Source: Clostridia bacterium
GTDB lineage: Bacteria > Bacillota > Clostridia > JAAYHZ01
Assembly (NCBI GenBank): GCA_050950825.1
Contig: JBMNIH010000004.1
Span: forward strand, 608,001 to 672,000
Reading direction: 5' to 3'
Length of the DNA: 64,000 bases
The translations under genes were made by a program, and so were the position numbers. Below the pieces are notes generated by a model that saw only the letters and a list, made by a program, of their open reading frames with translations, searched no databases and was not told the DNA's origin. This document shows positions 57,609 to 64,000 of the stretch, piece after piece (position 1 is the first letter of the stretch; every line of letters begins with the position of its first letter).

Positions 57609-58546
57609 TAGACGGAACATTGGCATGCGGCGTTGTAAACTTATACAAGCCTGCGGGAATCACTTCATTTCAAGCCGTCTCGCAAGTGAAGAGGCTTTTG
57701 AATGTAAAAAAGTGCGGCCACGCCGGTACATTGGATCCGGATGCGGAAGGCGTTTTGCCCGTATTCATCGGTTCGGCGACCGGAGCTTGCGCTTATTTGG
57801 AAGACGAGCAAAAGGAATATCTTGCGGAGATTCTTTTGGGGATTTCCACGGATACGGACGATATATCGGGCCGCGTTACTTGCGTATCGGATTACAATAT
57901 TCCTTATTCGACGGTCGAAGCGTGTATAAAGGAGTTTACGGGAGAAATCATCCAAAAGCCGCCGATTTATTCGGCAATTAAGGTCGAAGGAAGAAAATTA
58001 TACGAATACGCAAGAAAAAATGCCGAGGTTGAAATACCCGAAAGAAAAGTCACCGTATATTCCATAACCATAGAAGAAGAGCCTTCGATTCGAAAGGTTT
58101 CGGTGGATGGGAAAGAGTACATGGCATCTTGTTTCAAAGGTTTGGTAAAATGCTCGAGAGGTACCTACATAAGAAGTCTTTGTCGGGATATCGGAATCGC
58201 GGCAGGCACTTGCGGCTGCATGGGTAAGCTGGTACGCACCCGATCCGGACCCTACCGAATCGAGGATTCCCTTCGCTTCGAAGAGCTGCAGGAAAAGGGC
58301 CAAAAGGCTTTGCTTCCGGTAGCGGACTTGTTTGAAAAGTATGAGAAGATTGTTTTGAACAACAAGGAAACGAAAGATTACCTAGACGGTAAAAAAATAG
58401 CTTTGAAAAGAAAAATCGATAAAGAAAGGCAAACGGTGTCCGTATATACCCAAGACCAAGGGTTTATCGGATTAGGGGAGCTTGTTATCATGGATTCTTT
58501 GAGTTATTTAAAGGGGAAAAAACTGTTTTGCCATCCGTATAGATAA
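57605..58546 (+). CDS. truB: tRNA pseudouridine(55) synthase
   Basis: KPAGITS, GHAGTLDP, PPIYSAIK, CSRGTYIRSL. Confidence 0.96.
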   Translation: MIDGTLACGVVNLYKPAGITSFQAVSQVKRLLNVKKCGHAGTLDPDAEGVLPVFIGSATGACAYLEDEQKEYLAEILLGISTDTDDISGRVTCVSDYNIPYSTVEACIKEFTGEIIQKPPIYSAIKVEGRKLYEYARKNAEVEIPERKVTVYSITIEEEPSIRKVSVDGKEYMASCFKGLVKCSRGTYIRSLCRDIGIAAGTCGCMGKLVRTRSGPYRIEDSLRFEELQEKGQKALLPVADLFEKYEKIVLNNKETKDYLDGKKIALKRKIDKERQTVSVYTQDQGFIGLGELVIMDSLSYLKGKKLFCHPYR

Positions 58547-58556
58547 GAGGTTCGAA

Positions 58557-59486
58557 ATGGAAGTATTTTACGGTAGAACAAATCCGAATTTTAAAACGGA
58601 CCGCCCAAGCGGTTTAGGGCTCGGTAACTTTGACGGTTTGCATTTGGGACATATGAAATTGATCAATACGTTAACCGGTATTTGCAAGGAACGGAATCTT
58701 ACGTCATGGATTTATACCTTCGAAGAGCATCCGTCCGTTGTGTTGGAGCCGGAGCCTGTCCCTCTCATTATTACGAACGAGCAAAAAATCGAAACGGCAA
58801 AAGTCGCCGGAGTAGAAAATATCTTTTTCGATGTTTTTGATCGAGAGTATGCGGATCTTTCACCGAAAGAATTCATCCACGATATTTTAATCGCAAAATT
58901 CAATGCCAAATTGATCGTTGCCGGATTTAATTTCTTCTTCGGAAAAGACGGTAAAGGGAATACCGAGCTATTGAAAAAAGAAGGGCAGCGACACGGCTTT
59001 GATGTGATTATTATACCGCCGGTTATTCTAAACGGCGAAGTCGTCAGCAGTACCGCCGTCCGAAGCTTGATTTCAAACGGAAACATCCCGAAGGCTAACG
59101 AAATGCTGGGACGAACCTATTCCATGACCGGTATAGTTACCCAAGGAAATCGGTTAGGTACTCATTTAGGGTTGCCTACCGCCAATATCATACCGGATCG
59201 CAAGTATTTGATGCCTCAAAGAGGGGTGTATGTAACCGATACGTATTATAAAGGGAAAAAGTATCGGTCGGTAACCAACATCGGTATCCGACCTACCGTA
59301 TCGGATAGCAATACGGTATCCATTGAAACCCATTTGATCGGATATAACGAGGGGTTTATGTATGATCATGAAATCGTTATCGAGTTTAAATACAAGATCC
59401 GAGACGAAATGCGATTTGACGGTTTTGACTCGTTGGTAGCGCAAGTTAAGAACGATATCGCCTTTGCGATTAACTATAAAGATTGA
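58557..59486 (+). CDS. ribF: Bifunctional riboflavin kinase/FAD synthetase
   Basis: GNFDGLHLGH, SSTAVR, PTAN, NIGIRPT, ETH. Confidence 0.96.
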   Translation: MEVFYGRTNPNFKTDRPSGLGLGNFDGLHLGHMKLINTLTGICKERNLTSWIYTFEEHPSVVLEPEPVPLIITNEQKIETAKVAGVENIFFDVFDREYADLSPKEFIHDILIAKFNAKLIVAGFNFFFGKDGKGNTELLKKEGQRHGFDVIIIPPVILNGEVVSSTAVRSLISNGNIPKANEMLGRTYSMTGIVTQGNRLGTHLGLPTANIIPDRKYLMPQRGVYVTDTYYKGKKYRSVTNIGIRPTVSDSNTVSIETHLIGYNEGFMYDHEIVIEFKYKIRDEMRFDGFDSLVAQVKNDIAFAINYKD

Positions 59487-59496
59487 CTTGCGAATG

Positions 59497-59505
59497 TGTT
59501 ATAAT
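59497..59505 (+). promoter_or_regulatory. Extended -10 promoter element upstream of lgt
   Basis: TGTTATAAT about 40 nt upstream of the lgt ATG. Confidence 0.5.
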
Positions 59506-59543
59506 ATCCAAGAATACGATTTGCAGTTGGAAGGGGTGCAAGA

Positions 59544-60623
59544 ATGTCATTTATTCAATTTCCGAATCTTTTTGGAGGAGTGACGCTGTACATTGAAAGG
59601 GTAGCTTTTCGGCTGTTTGGAATACCCATTTTCTGGTACGGTTTGCTTATCGCTTTCGGATTTGCATTATCATTGATTTTGGCGGGAGCATCCGCTCGTA
59701 AGTTCAAAATCAACAAAGACGATTTGTACGATATTATATTATTCAGTGCACCGGTTGCCATTGTCTGTGCCCGATTGTTTTATGTCATATTCGATTGGCA
59801 GACGTTCAAAGGCAATATCGGTGCCATTTTTGATTTCAGGCAAGGAGGCCTGGCCATCTACGGAGCTGTCATCGGAGCTTTCGTTACGGGATATTTCGTC
59901 AGCAAAAAGAAGAAGCTGATACCTTTGCGCATTTTTGATTTTGCCGCACCTTACTTTGCATTATCCCAATCCATCGGCAGATGGGGTAACTTCGTGAACC
60001 AAGAAGCCTTCGGCGTAAACACAAATTTACCTTGGGGAATGACCGGGGATCGAATCAGCAGTTATCTTCGCAGCCGACAAAACGATTTGGCCGCTCAAGG
60101 CATAATTGTCAACCCGGATTTACCGGTTCATCCTACGTTTTTGTACGAGTCTTTGTGGAATTTTGCAGCATTCTTTCTTTTAATATGGCTGCGTAAAAAC
60201 AAAAAACTGGACGGGGAAGTCTTTTTCGGATACATGTTTTTATACGGACTTGGCAGAAGCTGGATTGAAGGTCTTCGTACGGACAGCCTTATGTTAGGGT
60301 CCTTCCGTATATCTCAGTTATTGGCCGTATTGTTCGTTCTTGTTTTTGGCGCCCTGTTTGTCATACGCAGAAAGAAGTTACCGCATCTTATACAGTCGGA
60401 ATTTTATGATCCCGATTACGTTTTCCCGGAAATTACCGAATCGAAAAAAGAGGAGAAAAAAGATAAGTCCGAATATTCCGATTTGGTACAAGTAATAAAA
60501 GGGCAATCCGAAGAAAAAACAACCGACGACGATTCGAATCCCGACGAGGAGGAAGACGTAGAGGAGCAAGAATCGGAAGACTTAAATGAGAAAGCAGAGG
60601 ATGAATCCTCTATTCATGAATAA
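59544..60623 (+). CDS. lgt: Prolipoprotein diacylglyceryl transferase with an acidic C-terminal tail
   Basis: WYG, ARLFYV, GGLAIYG, QSIGRWGNFVNQEAFG, HPTFLYES, EGLRTD. Confidence 0.95.
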   Translation: MSFIQFPNLFGGVTLYIERVAFRLFGIPIFWYGLLIAFGFALSLILAGASARKFKINKDDLYDIILFSAPVAIVCARLFYVIFDWQTFKGNIGAIFDFRQGGLAIYGAVIGAFVTGYFVSKKKKLIPLRIFDFAAPYFALSQSIGRWGNFVNQEAFGVNTNLPWGMTGDRISSYLRSRQNDLAAQGIIVNPDLPVHPTFLYESLWNFAAFFLLIWLRKNKKLDGEVFFGYMFLYGLGRSWIEGLRTDSLMLGSFRISQLLAVLFVLVFGALFVIRRKKLPHLIQSEFYDPDYVFPEITESKKEEKKDKSEYSDLVQVIKGQSEEKTTDDDSNPDEEEDVEEQESEDLNEKAEDESSIHE

Positions 60624-60653
60624 ACTAACATCATATAACGAGGAGTGTAGGCC

Positions 60654-61850
60654 ATGAAAAAATTTAAGATCTATAACGGGAAAGTAATTACGCCCTATAA
60701 AGTCATCAATGACGGATGCGTGATTATTGAAGGTCAAAAAATCAGCTATGTCGGGAACGAGAACATCCAATCCGATGATTTTGTTGAAATAGATGCAAAA
60801 GGATTGTATATTTCTCCGGGGTTCATCGATATTCACACCCACGGCGGCGGAGATGCGGATTTTATGGACGGAACCGTGGAAGCGTACATTAAAGCTTCCG
60901 AATGCCATGCACAGCATGGAACAACTTCCATTATACCCACCACGTTGTCCAGCTCCAACGAAGAGTTGAAAAACACGTTTTCCGTGTTTAAAGCGGCGAA
61001 AAATTCCGATCATAACGGTGCCGATTTTGTAGGCTTCCATTTGGAAGGTCCCTATTTCAGCATGGAGCAAAAGGGGGCCCAAGATCCGAGATACATCAAG
61101 GATCCTACCATCGAAGAGGCGGAAGAAATATTAAGCTGGACCGATGATATCATAAGGTGGAGTATGGCTCCGGAATTAAAGGGCGCAATGGCCGTCGGCC
61201 GCATGCTGACCCAAAGAGGCATTTTGCCTGCCATCGCTCATTCCAATGCCGTTTATTCCGAAGTCCAAGAGGCTTTTGAAAACGGATTTACCCATGTGAC
61301 CCATTTGTATTCCGGAATGTCCATGGTTCGAAGAATAAATGCCTACCGTTATGCCGGCGTGGTCGAAAGCGCGTACTTGATTGACGATATGACGGTAGAA
61401 ATCATTGCAGACGGAAGTCATTTGCCTGCAAGCCTTTTGAAGCTGATTTATAAAATCAAAGGGCCTTCTCATATCGCTTTGATCACGGATTCCATGAGGG
61501 GAGCCGGGATGCCGGAAGGCAAGTCCATCTTGGGAAGCCTTAAAAACGGTATGGAGGTTGTTATCGAAGACGGAGTGGCGAAGCTGCTTGATCGAACGGC
61601 ATTTGCAGGAAGCGTAGCTACCGCCGACCGTTTGGTCCGTAATATGATTCAATTGGCCGATGTACCCTTGACGGATGCCGTACGAATGATGACCTCGACA
61701 CCTGCGAGAATTATGAATATCGACAAAGAAAAAGGAAGCTTGCTGCCGGGTAAAGATGCCGATATCGTTATTTTCGACGGAAACATTAACGTTCAATTTA
61801 CCATGGTAAAAGGAAAGATTGTAAAAAATGCAATTGGTAGCAAAGGTTAA
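60654..61850 (+). CDS. nagA: N-acetylglucosamine-6-phosphate deacetylase
   Basis: PGFIDIHTHG, HLEGPY, APE, HS.A, THLYSGM, ADGSH, ITD, PGKDAD. Confidence 0.9.
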   Translation: MKKFKIYNGKVITPYKVINDGCVIIEGQKISYVGNENIQSDDFVEIDAKGLYISPGFIDIHTHGGGDADFMDGTVEAYIKASECHAQHGTTSIIPTTLSSSNEELKNTFSVFKAAKNSDHNGADFVGFHLEGPYFSMEQKGAQDPRYIKDPTIEEAEEILSWTDDIIRWSMAPELKGAMAVGRMLTQRGILPAIAHSNAVYSEVQEAFENGFTHVTHLYSGMSMVRRINAYRYAGVVESAYLIDDMTVEIIADGSHLPASLLKLIYKIKGPSHIALITDSMRGAGMPEGKSILGSLKNGMEVVIEDGVAKLLDRTAFAGSVATADRLVRNMIQLADVPLTDAVRMMTSTPARIMNIDKEKGSLLPGKDADIVIFDGNINVQFTMVKGKIVKNAIGSKG

Positions 61851-62970
61851 GGCCGTTGACCACATAAAAAAGTTTGATTATATATTGTTTCTTACGATGA
61901 TCGCCATTACCGTATTCGGCTTGGTGGTTTTAAAAAGCGCCACTTACAGTATGAAGTACGGTGCAAGTATATACAAAACCCAAGTGTACATGGCGATCGC
62001 CGGTACCTTGATTTGCTTGTTCCTGAATTTTATTGATTACAGGATCTTTAAAGCTTTCGCCTTATTATTTTATTTTATAAGCATAGCCTTGCTTGGTGCA
62101 CTGTTTTTTGTAGGTGAAGGCCGAGACGAAGTGGGAGCCGTAAGCTGGTTGTCCATACCGGGTTTGATTAAGTTTCAGCCTGCAGAGGTTGCGAAAATCA
62201 CTTACGTTTTGCTTCTTGCGCTTCTTTTGGAAAAAATGAGGACGGCGGAGAAGAAGATCAAATACTATTTTATGTTTATCGTATTTTCCGTTATCCCCGT
62301 AGCTTTGATCGCCAAACAGCCGGATTTGGGTACGGCCTTTGCATTTGTCGTCAGTTTTGCCGTTATGTTGTTTACATTCGGTATCAAATTTCGTTACATC
62401 TTGATTGGAGGAGGGGTTTTAGGAGCCGCTTTTCCTATCGTTTGGCGATTTGTATTGAAGCCTTACCAAAAAAACCGCTTTTTATCGCTACTGCAGCCGG
62501 AATTGCAATCGGCGGACGATTTGTATCAAATTAATAAGGCAAAAACGGCTATAAGCTCCGGTCAGTGGTTCGGACAAGGGCTTTTTAACGGGATTCAGAC
62601 CCAAAACAACGGTATTCCCATTAAAGAATCGGATTTCATTTTCTCCGTGGTGGGAGAAGAGTTGGGATTCATTGGAGCCGGTATATTATTGATACTGTTT
62701 ACCGTTCTTATTATTCGCATCTTTTATATCGCGTCGACTGCCGACGACTTGTACGGCTCTTTCATTGCAGCGGGATTCGGCGGGATTTACATGTACCATT
62801 TCCTTCAGAACGTAGGAATGAACATCGGATTGCTTCCCATTACGGGGATTCCCCTCCCTTTTGTCAGCGCAGGAGGCAGCGCCCTGATTACGAATTTTAT
62901 TGCCATGGGAATCGTATTAAGCATTTCCGTGCGCAGAAGCGAAGGAATGTTTGAAAAAGAGGGAATTTAG
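61828..62970 (+). CDS. rodA: SEDS family peptidoglycan polymerase (RodA-like)
   Basis: FQPAEVAK, QPDLGT, PYQKNR, SDFIFSVVGEELGFIG, PITGIPLPFVSAGGS. Confidence 0.85.
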   Translation: MQLVAKVKAVDHIKKFDYILFLTMIAITVFGLVVLKSATYSMKYGASIYKTQVYMAIAGTLICLFLNFIDYRIFKAFALLFYFISIALLGALFFVGEGRDEVGAVSWLSIPGLIKFQPAEVAKITYVLLLALLLEKMRTAEKKIKYYFMFIVFSVIPVALIAKQPDLGTAFAFVVSFAVMLFTFGIKFRYILIGGGVLGAAFPIVWRFVLKPYQKNRFLSLLQPELQSADDLYQINKAKTAISSGQWFGQGLFNGIQTQNNGIPIKESDFIFSVVGEELGFIGAGILLILFTVLIIRIFYIASTADDLYGSFIAAGFGGIYMYHFLQNVGMNIGLLPITGIPLPFVSAGGSALITNFIAMGIVLSISVRRSEGMFEKEGI

Positions 62971-63015
62971 AGTAAATTTTAAATAAATTATTGAAAAATT
63001 ATTAAAGCTTTTTAT

Positions 63016-63066
63016 CACCATATGTAGTGCGTTTTGAAAAAACTGCGTTACATATGGTGTTTTTTT
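63016..63066 (+). terminator. Long-stem intrinsic terminator after rodA
   Basis: CACCATATGTA...TACATATGGTG followed by T7. Confidence 0.75.
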
Positions 63067-63130
63067 ATGCTTTTCAGTGCGTTTAAAATAGATGAATTTT
63101 GTCGGATTGTTTTTTTTATTGAAAAAACGC

Positions 63131-63215
63131 TTGAAATATTTATACGTATACTCTAAAATAAAAGCAAGTGGTGAATTGTGGTGGATAATGCCACATAGTG
63201 AATGCAAATCCCACA
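63131..63215 (+). promoter_or_regulatory. dcw promoter with MraZ-binding repeats
   Basis: TTGAAA-17-TAAAAT, then GTGGTG at 63168 and 63178 (10-nt periodicity), then inverted CCACA copies. Confidence 0.65.
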
Positions 63216-63240
63216 AACAATAAAAAAATGGGGAACCGAT

Positions 63241-63678
63241 ATGCCGGGTTTTAACGGTGAGTTTAGCCACACGATGGATGCCAAAGGGCGGGTGATTATA
63301 CCTGCAAAGTATCGTGAAGGCCTTGGTGAAGAATTTATATTAACCAAGGGCTTGGACCGGTGTTTGGTTTTATACCCCATGGAGCATTGGGCTGAACTGG
63401 AGAAAAAGCTGTCACAGTTGTCTATTGCCGATTACAACTCCAGATTCTACAGAAGGTTTTTCTCCGCCGGCGCCACCAATTGCGAATTGGACAAACAGGG
63501 AAGAATACTGATCCCTCAGAACTTAAGGGAATATGCCGGTTTGGATAAAGATGTGACCATCATAGGTGCCATCAATACGGTGGAAATTTGGGATACCGCC
63601 GCTTACAACGAATTTATGCAAAAGAATTTGGGCAACATGGATAAGATAGCGATTCAAATGGCCGAAATGGGATTCTGA
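63241..63678 (+). CDS. mraZ: Division/cell wall cluster transcriptional repressor MraZ
   Basis: Two repeats, DAKGRV and DKQGRI, plus VEIWD. Confidence 0.96.
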   Translation: MPGFNGEFSHTMDAKGRVIIPAKYREGLGEEFILTKGLDRCLVLYPMEHWAELEKKLSQLSIADYNSRFYRRFFSAGATNCELDKQGRILIPQNLREYAGLDKDVTIIGAINTVEIWDTAAYNEFMQKNLGNMDKIAIQMAEMGF

Positions 63679-63718
63679 CGAGTAAACGTGAATTCTTTTG
63701 GCCGAATTGAGGTGGACA

Positions 63719-64000
63719 ATGGAATTTATTCATAAACCGATTATGCTCCATGAATGCATGGAACTGTTGAATATCAAGAAGGACGGTATCTATGTAGACG
63801 GAACGGTTGGCGGAGCGGGGCATTCCTCAAGCATTCTTTCCATGTTAGGAAAAGGGGGCCGATTGATCGCCATTGACAGGGATTCGGAAGCCGTCGAGAC
63901 GGCGAAAGAACGTTTGGCGAAGGTCGAAACCCAAGGAGAATTTACGGTAGTAAAGGCGAGATACTCCCAAACGGCGGATGTATTACAAAGGTTGGGAGTA
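63719..64000 (+). CDS. rsmH: 16S rRNA m4C1402 methyltransferase RsmH (3'-truncated by the window edge)
   Basis: [12 protein letters not shown]...[12 protein letters not shown]...IAIDRD. SD GAGGTG. Follows mraZ. Confidence 0.93.
   Translation, partial: MEFIHKPIMLHECMELLNIKKDGIYVDGTVGGAGHSSSILSMLGKGGRLIAIDRDSEAVETAKERLAKVETQGEFTVVKARYSQTADVLQRLGV

Noticed and set aside
61176-61865. Long antisense ORFs (229 aa here, also 43681-44343, 51142-51768, 47417-48016, 54432-55052)
   Set aside because: Shadow frames opposite conserved housekeeping genes, with no recognisable motifs.

Overview
A 64-kb chromosomal segment from a low-to-mid-GC Clostridia-type bacterium (PolC, pta-ackA, a clostridial Tad locus; the finer taxonomy is inferred). 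From left to right it holds: the 3' end of a Tad/Flp pilus locus (DUF5702-like protein, TadE-like pseudopilin, prepilin peptidase, DUF6382-FHA protein); carbohydrate-related genes (heparinase II/III-like lyase, SGNH esterase, orphan solute-binding lipoprotein, GHL10, GH123-like, GH127, HpcH aldolase, URO-D-like proteins); aroF-tyrA; an AlgI/AlgJ-type O-acetylation pair; a peptidoglycan remodelling pair (tandem L,D-transpeptidase and SH3-VanX lipoprotein); gatCAB; pta-ackA; uppS-cdsA-dxr-rseP-ispG-polC; the rimP-nusA-infB-rbfA-truB-ribF operon; lgt-nagA-rodA; and the start of the dcw cluster (mraZ-rsmH). I saw no rRNA, tRNA, CRISPR array or transposase. The main oddities are: (1) a TadE-like pilin fused to an apparently inactivated CdiA EC869-type nuclease fold, in a Tad locus that also encodes an EssB-like/FHA membrane protein; (2) a GatA whose glutaminase site is dismantled beside an intact GatB, with gatCAB embedded in a sugar-catabolic run; (3) a PolC with no DnaQ-like exonuclease domain; (4) an exported SH3-VanX lipoprotein coupled to a half-dead tandem L,D-transpeptidase; (5) an aroF Shine-Dalgarno separated from its start codon by a hairpin. 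All family assignments come from motifs recognised by eye, not from database searches.
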